Assembly: GCF_050920415.1 (NCBI RefSeq)
Contig: NZ_CP169309.1
Source: Escherichia coli
GTDB lineage: Bacteria; Pseudomonadota; Gammaproteobacteria; Enterobacterales; Enterobacteriaceae
Length of the DNA stretch: 64,000 bases
Strand: one strand, 5' to 3'
Positions 36,572 through 45,980 of this stretch are shown here, piece after piece (positions within the stretch are counted from its first letter, which is position 1; the number at the start of each line of letters is the position of its first letter). Under the pieces are notes generated by a model that saw only the letters and a list, made by a program, of their open reading frames with translations, searched no databases and was not told the origin of the DNA. The position numbers and the translations under genes are program-made.

Positions 36572-37158
36572 GTGATGAACGCTACCAACAGCGTCAGCAG
36601 CGTGTAAAAGATAAAGTGGATGCCCGTGTGGCCCAGGCCCAGGATGAACGCGGTATTATCATCGTCTTTACCGGCAATGGAAAAGGCAAAACCACCGCGG
36701 CATTTGGTACAGCAGCTCGCGCAGTTGGTCACGGAAAAAAAGTGGGCGTCGTGCAGTTTATTAAAGGCACCTGGCCTAATGGCGAACGAAAACTGCTGGA
36801 GCCACACGGCGTTGAGTTTCAAGTGATGGCAACGGGCTTTACCTGGGATACGCAAAACCGCGAATCTGATACCGCAGCCTGCCGTGAAGTCTGGCAACAT
36901 GCCAAACGAATGCTGGCAGATGCTTCACTGGATATGGTTTTGCTCGATGAGCTGACGTATATGGTGGCGTATGACTATTTACCACTGGATGAAGTGGTGC
37001 AGGCGTTAAATGAACGTCCACATCAACAGACGGTGATTATCACGGGTCGTGGTTGTCATCGGGATATTCTTGAACTGGCGGATACGGTAAGTGAATTACG
37101 CCCTGTCAAACATGCGTTTGATGCCGGTGTTAAGGCGCAAATCGGGATTGATTATTAA
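36568..37158 (+). CDS. btuR: cob(I)yrinic acid a,c-diamide / corrinoid adenosyltransferase
   Basis: 196 aa; P-loop GNGKGKTTAAFG; start overlaps the yciK stop by 4 nt. Confidence 0.93.
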   Translation: MSDERYQQRQQRVKDKVDARVAQAQDERGIIIVFTGNGKGKTTAAFGTAARAVGHGKKVGVVQFIKGTWPNGERKLLEPHGVEFQVMATGFTWDTQNRESDTAACREVWQHAKRMLADASLDMVLLDELTYMVAYDYLPLDEVVQALNERPHQQTVIITGRGCHRDILELADTVSELRPVKHAFDAGVKAQIGIDY

Positions 37159-37163
37159 GGGAA

Positions 37164-37197
37164 AGCACCTCAAAAGATCGCCTCTTGAGGTGCTTTA
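37164..37197. terminator. hairpin downstream of btuR (also downstream of the 102-aa minus-strand ORF)
   Basis: agcacctcaa...ttgaggtgct inverted repeat followed by tttaat. Confidence 0.55.
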
Positions 37198-37210
37198 ATC
37201 ATAATTATAT

Positions 37211-37519
37211 TCAAGCGGCAATAGCAAAACTCAGAATCCGTTTAATCTCATTCAAATGTCCCGGATATGCTTCATGATTCTCAGCGTCAACATCTTCAAT
37301 AAATAATATCAGTTCAGTAATTAACGCATTGGCATCTTCATAACTGATTCCGCTTAACTCTGGCGAAGTTTCAGTACCGTAGTTAATCGTCAGATTGTTC
37401 ATCACCGTGAGGATAAGGATAAAATATTTATGACAAACCTTGCAAGTGGTTTTGTTGCCCAGAGTATTATACAGCATATCAAGTAATGCCAGTATTCTAC
37501 GGTTTTGTACATCGTTCAT
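37211..37519 (-). CDS. hypothetical 102-aa protein, second gene of an AT-rich two-gene module; function unknown
   Basis: Uninterrupted ORF in ~35% GC DNA; strong SD (taGGAGGggc) 7 nt upstream of ATG; starts 12 nt after the upstream lipoprotein stop; single CxxC (CKVCH), acidic C-terminal half. Confidence 0.6.
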   Translation of the reverse strand: MNDVQNRRILALLDMLYNTLGNKTTCKVCHKYFILILTVMNNLTINYGTETSPELSGISYEDANALITELILFIEDVDAENHEAYPGHLNEIKRILSFAIAA

Positions 37520-37531
37520 AAAAAGCCCCTC

Positions 37532-38533
37532 CTATAACATTATTCCGCTGGCAATAAGTAATTTCGCCAGCCCCTCAGACGCCTTTAACCCACTAATGAC
37601 CTGTGCGCGTAATATTTCATTTAATCTGTTTTGTTCAGCTGCCGTGCGTGTTTTATTAGTGTATAAACCTTTTAGATAATCACCCTTATCTATAAAGGCA
37701 TTTAAAGCTTCAATCGCGGGCATTGCAGCAGCCGATGCCTGTAGTCTGGTTTCATTCACATTGATTACTGAACTTAGAAACTCCTTCCTGTTTTTCAGAG
37801 TGTTAAACTCTGTATTCTTAGAGTTTTTAGATACCGCATTATAATAAAGCATATTATTATGTACATTCGCAAAGGTATAATTTTCAATCTTATCGCCTTT
37901 TGTATAAATATCATTACGCAAAACAGTCATGTTTTTTATAAGTCTTACCCAATTTTTATCCGCCGTTTTACCTATTTTCCCAGCATTGACCTTTATTATA
38001 TATAACTCGTTGAAATAACTTACTAAATCTTTAACTGCCGCTGCCGATTCAGCTAAATCTTTGCTATGTGAAACATCAAGTAGTGTTTGCGCGTTGTTTG
38101 CGTGATCCAGAGCCTGTTTAAGTAATGTCACTTGCTGACTTTCTGTAGTTTTTATGTCTTCAGTCAAGAGCTCTACATAAGCACTCATGCTATTAATGAC
38201 TTCCATTGAAGCCAGTAGTTTCTCTTTTTCGAATGGGACTAATTGTACTTTATCTGTTTTTTCTTCAGGGGGCCTGCATAATTTTCCACCCTGACCATCG
38301 TTCGCAACATCAATGGTATAATCAGGTCGCAATGCACAATCCGGATTAGTCGCATAAAAATTAACAAGGAAGTTTTCACGAGAAGCATAGTATTGTTTAA
38401 AGAAACTTGCATTCGCCGCAACCGCCTTGTTACCCGCAGTAATAACAGTTTCAGCTTGCTCATTTTTCAATGCTTCAGTTGCACAACCTGAAAGCATTAA
38501 CAGCGATAGAAATAATCCACTATATCTAATCAT
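37532..38533 (-). CDS. hypothetical 333-aa lipoprotein (predicted outer-membrane-targeted), first gene of the AT-rich module
   Basis: N-terminus MIRYSGLFLSLLMLSGC-ATEA (signal peptide plus lipobox LSGC, Ala at +2); SD agaGGTGG upstream; 1 kb ORF in AT-rich DNA where stop codons are frequent. Confidence 0.7.
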   Translation of the reverse strand: MIRYSGLFLSLLMLSGCATEALKNEQAETVITAGNKAVAANASFFKQYYASRENFLVNFYATNPDCALRPDYTIDVANDGQGGKLCRPPEEKTDKVQLVPFEKEKLLASMEVINSMSAYVELLTEDIKTTESQQVTLLKQALDHANNAQTLLDVSHSKDLAESAAAVKDLVSYFNELYIIKVNAGKIGKTADKNWVRLIKNMTVLRNDIYTKGDKIENYTFANVHNNMLYYNAVSKNSKNTEFNTLKNRKEFLSSVINVNETRLQASAAAMPAIEALNAFIDKGDYLKGLYTNKTRTAAEQNRLNEILRAQVISGLKASEGLAKLLIASGIML

Positions 38534-38654
38534 AACCCACCTCTTGACGTTGAGTTTATCTCAGATAATTAAATAGTAATGTGGCTATTCCCTGGCATTA
38601 TTCATAAGCAAGTATGAAATTAAATTAAAATACTGCGACTATTTATCATGCTTC

Positions 38655-38690
38655 AAATGAAGAAAAGGCCCCGCAGGGCCTTTATTTAAT
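38655..38690 (-). terminator. rho-independent terminator of rluB
   Basis: aaaggccc-cgca-gggccttt hairpin 20 nt after the rluB stop, followed on the minus strand by ttttcttcattt. Confidence 0.7.
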
Positions 38691-38702
38691 ACTTAACTTA
38701 AA

Positions 38703-39578
38703 TTAACCGTTATTATTACGTCCACCAGAACGACGACCGCCGCTGACCTGGCTGTGACGTTTCACCGCACGACGAATTTGATTCGCCTTCATACGACGAC
38801 GGTCTTTTTCTACAGCAACTTTAGAGCTGGTTTCTGGCGGTAGTTCCACCAGCTCACGCAGATAGTTAGTCTGGGCAAGATCCAGCTCAGTCCAGCCACC
38901 GCGTGGCAGACCTTTCGGCAGTGGGATATCACCGTAACGCACGCGGATCAGACGGCTCACCTGCACACCAACAGCTTCCCAAAGACGACGAACTTCACGG
39001 TTACGGCCTTCGGTCAGAGTAACATTGTACCACTGGTTGATCCCTTCGCCGCCGCTGAACTTAATGGTTTTAAAGGCTGCCGGACCATCTTCCAGCTGCA
39101 CGCCACGACTCAAATCACGCAGTTTCGCGTCGTCAACCTGACCAAATACACGCACGGCATATTCACGTTCAACTTCACGGCTTGGATGCATTAGACGGTT
39201 TGCCAGTTCACCGTCGGTGGTAAACAGCAGGAGACCGCAGGTGTTAACGTCCAGACGACCTACGGCAATCCAGCGTGCACCGCGCAGTTTTGGCAGACGG
39301 TCAAATACCGTTGGACGCCCTTCCGGATCGTTACGGGTACACAACTCACCTTCCGGTTTGTAATAGGCCAGAACGCGACAAATTTGTTCAGCGGACTCAC
39401 GTACCGAAATCAGGTGACCATCGATACGGATTTTCAATCCAGGGGTAATTTCAACACGATCGCCGAGTTTAGCAATTTTGCCATCAACACTCACACGACC
39501 GGCTTCAATAATAGATTCGATTTCACGGCGAGAACCGTGGCCGGCACGCGCCAGCACTTTCTGTAGCTTTTCGCTCAT
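38703..39578 (-). CDS. rluB: 23S rRNA pseudouridine(2605) synthase
   Basis: 291 aa; S4 domain at the N-terminus, pseudouridine synthase core, basic RG-rich tail. Confidence 0.93.
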   Translation of the reverse strand: MSEKLQKVLARAGHGSRREIESIIEAGRVSVDGKIAKLGDRVEITPGLKIRIDGHLISVRESAEQICRVLAYYKPEGELCTRNDPEGRPTVFDRLPKLRGARWIAVGRLDVNTCGLLLFTTDGELANRLMHPSREVEREYAVRVFGQVDDAKLRDLSRGVQLEDGPAAFKTIKFSGGEGINQWYNVTLTEGRNREVRRLWEAVGVQVSRLIRVRYGDIPLPKGLPRGGWTELDLAQTNYLRELVELPPETSSKVAVEKDRRRMKANQIRRAVKRHSQVSGGRRSGGRNNNG

Positions 39579-39678
39579 AGAGCTTCCTTTTGGTGTCGCC
39601 TTCCCAGGCGTCGAACAGGAGAATCAATGGCGCAGTAGAGCGCCATTTTAAGGCCGCGTAGTATACAGAGTTAATCAC

Positions 39679-40299
39679 TTATAAAAAAGGCTTCACATCA
39701 CCTACACCTTCACGCAATACGACTGGCGTATCATCGGTGAGATCAATAACCGTTGTCGGTTTCTGCCCGAGATAGCCGCCGTGAATAATCAAATCCACCT
39801 GTTTTTCCAGACGGTCTTTAATTTCTTCCGGGTCAGACTCGGTAAATTCGCTGCCAGGTAGCATCAGTGATGTGGAAAGCATCGGTTCGCCCAATGCTTC
39901 AAGCAACGCCTGCGCAATCGGGTTAGAAGGCACACGCATACCGATGGTTTTGCGTTTTTCCTGCAACAGACGGCGTGGCACTTCCTTCGTCCCCTTCAGG
40001 ATGAAAGTGTAGTTACCCGGCGTATTGTTTTTCATCAAACGAAACGCAACGTTATCGACAAATGAATAGGTCGAGAGTTCAGAAAGATCGCGACACATCA
40101 GGGTAAAGTTGTGACCGTCCGGCAGCTGGCGAATACGACAAATACGCTCCATGGCGTTTTTATCTTCAATTTTACAGCCGAGCGCATAGCCGGAATCAGT
40201 TGGATAAACAATCACCCCGCCTTTACGCACGATCTCCACCGCCTGGTTGATCAGACGTTGCTGCGGGTTATCAGGATGAATATAAAAAAACTGGCTCAT
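39679..40299 (-). CDS. yciO: YrdC/Sua5-family dsRNA-binding protein
   Basis: ORF trimmed to MSQFFYIHPDNPQQRLINQAVEIVRKGGVIVYPTDSGYALGC..., 206 aa. Confidence 0.88.
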   Translation of the reverse strand: MSQFFYIHPDNPQQRLINQAVEIVRKGGVIVYPTDSGYALGCKIEDKNAMERICRIRQLPDGHNFTLMCRDLSELSTYSFVDNVAFRLMKNNTPGNYTFILKGTKEVPRRLLQEKRKTIGMRVPSNPIAQALLEALGEPMLSTSLMLPGSEFTESDPEEIKDRLEKQVDLIIHGGYLGQKPTTVIDLTDDTPVVLREGVGDVKPFL

Positions 40300-41177
40300 A
40301 ATTCCCTCTCTGTGGTGTTCTGCGGCTGTTCCCATAGCTGCCAGACGCCTTCAACGCCTGCGGGCAGCCAGAGTTTACGACCCAGTTCGATCCACGGGCA
40401 TGGCTGATGAAAATCAGATCCTTGTGATGCCCATAAATGGTGCTGGCGGGCAAGCGTCGCCAGTTGGGTGCGTTCATTGGGCGATTGCTGGCACTGCGCG
40501 ACTTCCATCGCGTCGCCGTGGTGTTCGGCAAAATGCGCAACCAATCTTTTCAGCCATTTAGCACTAAGATTGTACCGCCCAGGATGAGCAAGCACTGCCT
40601 TACCGCCAGAATGATGAATGACATCAATAGCTTGTTCTATTGTACACCACTGTGGCGGAACGTATCCGGTTTTCCCGCGTGCCAGATATTTTTTAAAGAC
40701 ATCCGCTATTGAACTGGCTTTGCCACATTCAACCAAGAAACGCGCAAAATGACCGCGCGTCACCGCACCGCCCTGCGCCAGTCGTTGCGCGCCTTCCAGC
40801 GCCCCAGGTATTTGCGCTTTTTCAAGTCTTTCGGCAATTAACTTCGCCCGCTGATTGCGCCGTTCTGTCTGCTGCGCGAGGAACTCACTCATTGCCGAAT
40901 GTGCAATATCAATATTCAGCCCGACAATATGAATTTCATGATTTTCCCAGACGGTGGATATTTCCACGCCAGGAATAAGATTCAGTGCCAGTCCTGAACG
41001 TGAAATTTCTTCTCTTGCTGGCGCGATTGCCGCTGTGGTGTCATGGTCGGTGATCGCCAGGGTGCCGACGCGCATCTCGACTGCACGGTGCACCAATGCT
41101 TCTGGCGTCAGGCAGCCATCGGAAGCTGTGGTATGGCTGTGCAGGTCATAAATCACTGCGTAATTCGTGTCGCTCAA
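40296..41177 (-). CDS. trpH: PHP-domain 5'-3' exoribonuclease / phosphoesterase (TrpH / YciV / RNase AM)
   Basis: PHP motif HSHTTASDG; proposed TTG start (plus-strand caa at 41175-41177) gives 293 aa; an alternative ATG lies upstream. Confidence 0.85.
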   Translation of the reverse strand: MSDTNYAVIYDLHSHTTASDGCLTPEALVHRAVEMRVGTLAITDHDTTAAIAPAREEISRSGLALNLIPGVEISTVWENHEIHIVGLNIDIAHSAMSEFLAQQTERRNQRAKLIAERLEKAQIPGALEGAQRLAQGGAVTRGHFARFLVECGKASSIADVFKKYLARGKTGYVPPQWCTIEQAIDVIHHSGGKAVLAHPGRYNLSAKWLKRLVAHFAEHHGDAMEVAQCQQSPNERTQLATLARQHHLWASQGSDFHQPCPWIELGRKLWLPAGVEGVWQLWEQPQNTTEREL

Positions 41178-41251
41178 GGCGCACTCCCGTTTTGGATAAT
41201 GTTTTTGCGCCGACATCATAACGGTTCTGGCAAATATTCTGAAATGAGCTG

Positions 41252-41290
41252 TTGACAATTAATCACCGGACTAGTTAACTAGTACGCAAG
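41252..41290 (+). promoter_or_regulatory. trp promoter (-35 TTGACA 41252-41257, -10 TTAACT 41275-41280) with overlapping TrpR operator
   Basis: Direct reading: ttgaca-17 bp-ttaact; palindromic actagttaactagt operator core. Confidence 0.85.
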
Positions 41291-41313
41291 TTCACGTAAA
41301 AAGGGTATCGACA

Positions 41314-41358
41314 ATGAAAGCGATTTTCGTACTGAAAGGTTGGTGGCGCACTTCCTGA
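41314..41358 (+). CDS. trpL: trp operon leader peptide
   Basis: [14 protein letters not shown] with tandem Trp codons. Confidence 0.9.
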
Positions 41359-41400
41359 AACGGGCAGTGTATTCACCATGCGTAAAGCAATCAGATACCC

Positions 41401-41428
41401 AGCCCGCCTAATGAGCGGGCTTTTTTTT
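41401..41428 (+). terminator. trp attenuator (3:4 terminator hairpin)
   Basis: agcccgcctaatgagcgggc followed by tttttttt, 22 nt before the trpE ATG. Confidence 0.9.
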
Positions 41429-41449
41429 GAACAAAATTAGAGAATAACA

Positions 41450-43012
41450 ATGCAAACACAAAAACCGACTCTCGAACTGTTAACCTGCGAAGGTGCTTAT
41501 CGCGATAATCCGACCGCGCTTTTTCATCAGTTGTGTGGGGATCGTCCGGCAACGCTGCTGCTTGAATCCGCAGATATCGACAGCAAAGATGATTTAAAAA
41601 GCCTGCTGCTGGTGGACAGTGCGCTGCGCATTACAGCATTAGGTGACACTGTCACTATTCAGGCACTTTCCGGCAATGGCGAAGCTCTGCTGGCATTACT
41701 GGATAACGCCCTGCCTGCGGGTGTGGAAAATGAACAATCACCAAACTGCCGCGTGCTGCGCTTCCCTCCTGTCAGTCCATTGCTGGATGAAGACGCCCGC
41801 TTATGCTCTCTTTCGGTTTTTGACGCTTTTCGCTTATTGCAGAATCTGTTGAATGTACCGAAGGAAGAACGAGAAGCAATGTTCTTCGGCGGCCTGTTCT
41901 CTTATGACCTTGTGGCGGGGTTTGAAGATTTACCGCAATTGTCAGCGGAAAATAACTGCCCTGATTTCTGTTTTTATCTCGCTGAAACGCTGATGGTTAT
42001 CGATCATCAGAAAAAAAGTACCCGTATTCAGGCCAGTCTTTTTGCTCCCAATGAAGAAGAAAAACAACGTCTCACTGCTCGCCTGAACGAACTTCGCCAG
42101 CAACTGACCGAAACCGCGCCGCCGCTGCCGGTAGTTTCCGTGCCGCATATGCATTGTGAATGTAATCAGAGCGATGAAGAGTTCGGTGGCGTAGTGCGTT
42201 CGTTGCAAAAAGCGATTCGCGCCGGAGAAATTTTCCAGGTCGTACCATCTCGCCGTTTCTCACTGCCCTGCCCGTCATCGCTGGCGGCCTATTACGTGCT
42301 GAAAAAGAGTAATCCCAGCCCGTACATGTTTTTTATGCAGGATAATGATTTCACCCTGTTCGGCGCGTCGCCGGAAAGTTCGCTCAAGTATGACGCCTCC
42401 AGCCGCCAGATTGAGATCTACCCGATTGCCGGAACACGCCCACGAGGACGTCGCGCCGATGGTTCACTGGACAGAGACCTGGACAGCCGCATTGAACTGG
42501 AGATGCGTACCGACCATAAAGAGCTTTCTGAACATCTGATGCTGGTGGATCTCGCCCGTAATGACCTTGCGCGCATTTGCACTCCTGGCAGCCGCTACGT
42601 TGCCGACCTGACCAAAGTTGACCGTTACTCTTACGTGATGCATCTCGTCTCCCGCGTTGTCGGTGAGCTGCGCCACGATCTTGACGCCCTGCACGCTTAC
42701 CGCGCCTGTATGAATATGGGCACGTTAAGCGGTGCCCCGAAAGTGCGCGCCATGCAGTTAATTGCCGAAGCGGAAGGTCGTCGACGCGGCAGCTACGGCG
42801 GTGCGGTAGGTTATTTCACCGCACATGGCGATCTCGACACCTGCATTGTCATCCGTTCGGCGCTGGTGGAAAACGGTATCGCCACCGTGCAAGCCGGTGC
42901 TGGCGTAGTCCTTGATTCTGTTCCGCAGTCGGAAGCCGACGAAACCCGTAATAAAGCCCGCGCTGTACTGCGCGCTATCGCCACCGCGCATCATGCACAG
43001 GAGACTTTCTGA
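41450..43012 (+). CDS. trpE: anthranilate synthase component I
   Basis: 520-aa [57 protein letters not shown]... Confidence 0.96.
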   Translation: MQTQKPTLELLTCEGAYRDNPTALFHQLCGDRPATLLLESADIDSKDDLKSLLLVDSALRITALGDTVTIQALSGNGEALLALLDNALPAGVENEQSPNCRVLRFPPVSPLLDEDARLCSLSVFDAFRLLQNLLNVPKEEREAMFFGGLFSYDLVAGFEDLPQLSAENNCPDFCFYLAETLMVIDHQKKSTRIQASLFAPNEEEKQRLTARLNELRQQLTETAPPLPVVSVPHMHCECNQSDEEFGGVVRSLQKAIRAGEIFQVVPSRRFSLPCPSSLAAYYVLKKSNPSPYMFFMQDNDFTLFGASPESSLKYDASSRQIEIYPIAGTRPRGRRADGSLDRDLDSRIELEMRTDHKELSEHLMLVDLARNDLARICTPGSRYVADLTKVDRYSYVMHLVSRVVGELRHDLDALHAYRACMNMGTLSGAPKVRAMQLIAEAEGRRRGSYGGAVGYFTAHGDLDTCIVIRSALVENGIATVQAGAGVVLDSVPQSEADETRNKARAVLRAIATAHHAQETF

Positions 43013-44607
43013 TGGCTGACATTCTGCTGCTCGATAATATCGACTCTTTTACTTATAACCTGGCAGATCAGTTGCGCAGCAATGGGCATAACGTGGTGAT
43101 TTACCGCAACCATATTCCGGCGCAAACCTTAATTGAACGTCTTGCGACCATGAGCAATCCGGTGCTGATGCTTTCTCCTGGCCCCGGAGTGCCGAGTGAA
43201 GCGGGTTGTATGCCGGAACTCCTCACCCGTTTGCGTGGCAAGCTGCCAATTATTGGCATTTGCCTCGGACATCAGGCGATTGTCGAAGCTTACGGGGGCT
43301 ATGTCGGTCAGGCGGGAGAAATTCTTCACGGTAAAGCGTCGAGCATTGAACATGACGGTCAGGCGATGTTTGCCGGATTAACAAACCCATTGCCGGTAGC
43401 GCGTTATCACTCGTTGGTTGGCAGTAACATTCCGGCAGGTTTAACCATCAATGCCCATTTTAACGGCATGGTGATGGCGGTGCGTCATGATGCGGATCGC
43501 GTTTGTGGATTCCAGTTCCATCCGGAATCCATTCTCACCACCCAGGGCGCTCGCCTGCTGGAACAAACGCTGGCCTGGGCGCAACAGAAGCTGGAGCCGA
43601 CCAACACACTGCAACCAATTCTGGAAAAACTGTATCAGGCGCAGACGCTTAGCCAACAAGAAAGCCACCAGCTGTTTTCAGCGGTGGTGCGTGGCGAGCT
43701 GAAACCGGAACAACTGGCGGCTGCATTGGTCAGCATGAAAATTCGCGGCGAGCACCCGAACGAAATCGCCGGGGCAGCAACTGCCCTTCTGGAAAATGCT
43801 GCGCCGTTCCCACGCCCTGATTATCTGTTTGCCGATATCGTCGGCACCGGCGGTGACGGCAGCAACAGTATCAATATTTCTACCGCCAGTGCGTTTGTCG
43901 CCGCGGCCTGTGGGCTGAAAGTGGCGAAACACGGTAACCGCAGCGTCTCCAGTAAATCCGGCTCGTCGGATCTGCTGGCGGCATTCGGTATTAATCTTGA
44001 TATGAACGCCGATAAATCGCGCCAGGCGCTGGATGAGTTAGGCGTCTGTTTCCTCTTTGCGCCGAAATATCACACCGGATTTCGCCATGCGATGCCGGTT
44101 CGCCAGCAACTGAAAACCCGCACCCTGTTCAATGTGCTGGGGCCATTGATTAACCCGGCGCATCCTCCGCTGGCGTTAATTGGTGTTTATAGTCCGGAAC
44201 TGGTGCTGCCGATTGCCGAAACCTTGCGCGTGCTGGGGTATCAACGCGCGGCGGTGGTGCACAGCGGCGGGATGGATGAAGTTTCATTACACGCGCCGAC
44301 AATCGTTGCCGAACTGCATGACGGCGAAATTAAGAGCTATCAGTTGACCGCTGAAGATTTTGGCCTGACTCCCTACCATCAGGAGCAACTGGCAGGCGGA
44401 ACACCGGAAGAAAACCGTGACATTTTAACACGCTTGTTACAAGGTAAAGGCGACGCCGCCCATGAAGCAGCTGTCGCGGCGAATGTCGCCATGTTAATGC
44501 GCCTGCATGGCCAGGAAGATCTGCAAACCAATGCGCAAACCGTTCTTGAGGTACTGCGCAGTGGTTCCGCTTACGACAGAGTCACCGCACTGGCGGCACG
44601 AGGGTAA
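43012..44607 (+). CDS. trpD: bifunctional anthranilate synthase component II / anthranilate phosphoribosyltransferase
   Basis: 531 aa; start overlaps the trpE stop (tgATGg). Confidence 0.96.
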   Translation: MADILLLDNIDSFTYNLADQLRSNGHNVVIYRNHIPAQTLIERLATMSNPVLMLSPGPGVPSEAGCMPELLTRLRGKLPIIGICLGHQAIVEAYGGYVGQAGEILHGKASSIEHDGQAMFAGLTNPLPVARYHSLVGSNIPAGLTINAHFNGMVMAVRHDADRVCGFQFHPESILTTQGARLLEQTLAWAQQKLEPTNTLQPILEKLYQAQTLSQQESHQLFSAVVRGELKPEQLAAALVSMKIRGEHPNEIAGAATALLENAAPFPRPDYLFADIVGTGGDGSNSINISTASAFVAAACGLKVAKHGNRSVSSKSGSSDLLAAFGINLDMNADKSRQALDELGVCFLFAPKYHTGFRHAMPVRQQLKTRTLFNVLGPLINPAHPPLALIGVYSPELVLPIAETLRVLGYQRAAVVHSGGMDEVSLHAPTIVAELHDGEIKSYQLTAEDFGLTPYHQEQLAGGTPEENRDILTRLLQGKGDAAHEAAVAANVAMLMRLHGQEDLQTNAQTVLEVLRSGSAYDRVTALAARG

Positions 44608-45969
44608 ATGATGCAAACCGTTTTAGCGAAAATCGTCGCAGACAAGGCGATTTGGGTAGAAGCCCGCAAACAGCAGCAACCGCTGGCCAGTTTTCAGAAT
44701 GAGGTTCAGCCGAGCACGCGACATTTTTATGATGCACTGCAAGGCGCACGCACGGCGTTTATTCTGGAATGCAAAAAAGCGTCGCCGTCAAAAGGCGTGA
44801 TCCGTGATGATTTCGATCCGGCACGCATTGCCGCCATTTATAAACATTACGCTTCGGCAATTTCGGTGCTGACTGATGAGAAATATTTTCAGGGGAGCTT
44901 TGATTTCCTCCCCATCGTCAGCCAAATCGCCCCGCAGCCGATTTTGTGTAAAGACTTTATTATCGACCCTTACCAGATCTATCTGGCGCGCTATTACCAG
45001 GCCGATGCCTGTTTATTAATGCTGTCGGTGCTGGACGACGATCAGTATCGCCAGCTCGCTGCTGTAGCCCACAGTCTGGAGATGGGCGTGCTGACCGAAG
45101 TCAGTAATGAAGAGGAGCTGGAGCGCGCCATTGCATTGGGAGCAAAAGTCGTTGGTATCAACAACCGTGATCTGCGTGATTTGTCGATTGATCTTAACCG
45201 TACCCGCGAGCTTGCGCCGAAACTGGGGCACAACGTGACGGTGATCAGCGAATCCGGCATTAATACTTACGGCCAGGTGCGTGAGTTAAGCCACTTCGCT
45301 AACGGCTTTTTAATTGGTTCGGCGTTGATGGCCCATGACGATTTGAACGCCGCCGTGCGCCGGGTGTTGCTGGGTGAGAATAAAGTATGTGGTCTGACGC
45401 GTGGGGAAGATGCTAAAGCAGCCTATGACGCGGGTGCGATTTACGGTGGATTGATATTTGTTACAACGTCACCGCGTTGCGTCAGCATTGAAGAGGCGCA
45501 GGAAGTGATGGCTGCGGCACCGTTGCAATACGTTGGCGTGTTCCGCAATCACGATATTGCCGATGTGGTGGACAAAGCTAAGGTGTTATCGCTGGCGGCA
45601 GTGCAACTGCATGGTAATGAAGATCAGCTGTATATCGATACGCTGCGTGAGGCTCTGCCAGCAAACGTCGCCATCTGGAAGGCTTTAAGTGTCGGTGAAA
45701 CTCTTCCCGCGCGCGATTTTCAGCACATCGATAAATATGTATTCGACAATGGTCAGGGCGGGAGCGGACAACGTTTCGACTGGTCACTGTTAAACGGTCA
45801 ATCTCTTGGCAACGTTCTGCTGGCGGGTGGCTTAGGCGCAGATAACTGCGTGGAAGCGGCACAAACCGGCTGCGCCGGGCTTGATTTTAATTCTGCTGTA
45901 GAGTCGCAACCGGGCATCAAAGACGCACGTCTTTTGGCCTCGGTTTTCCAGACGCTGCGCGCATATTAA
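44608..45969 (+). CDS. trpC: bifunctional indole-3-glycerol-phosphate synthase / phosphoribosylanthranilate isomerase
   Basis: 453-aa ORF immediately after the trpD stop. Confidence 0.95.
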   Translation: MMQTVLAKIVADKAIWVEARKQQQPLASFQNEVQPSTRHFYDALQGARTAFILECKKASPSKGVIRDDFDPARIAAIYKHYASAISVLTDEKYFQGSFDFLPIVSQIAPQPILCKDFIIDPYQIYLARYYQADACLLMLSVLDDDQYRQLAAVAHSLEMGVLTEVSNEEELERAIALGAKVVGINNRDLRDLSIDLNRTRELAPKLGHNVTVISESGINTYGQVRELSHFANGFLIGSALMAHDDLNAAVRRVLLGENKVCGLTRGEDAKAAYDAGAIYGGLIFVTTSPRCVSIEEAQEVMAAAPLQYVGVFRNHDIADVVDKAKVLSLAAVQLHGNEDQLYIDTLREALPANVAIWKALSVGETLPARDFQHIDKYVFDNGQGGSGQRFDWSLLNGQSLGNVLLAGGLGADNCVEAAQTGCAGLDFNSAVESQPGIKDARLLASVFQTLRAY

Positions 45970-45980
45970 GGAAAGGAACA

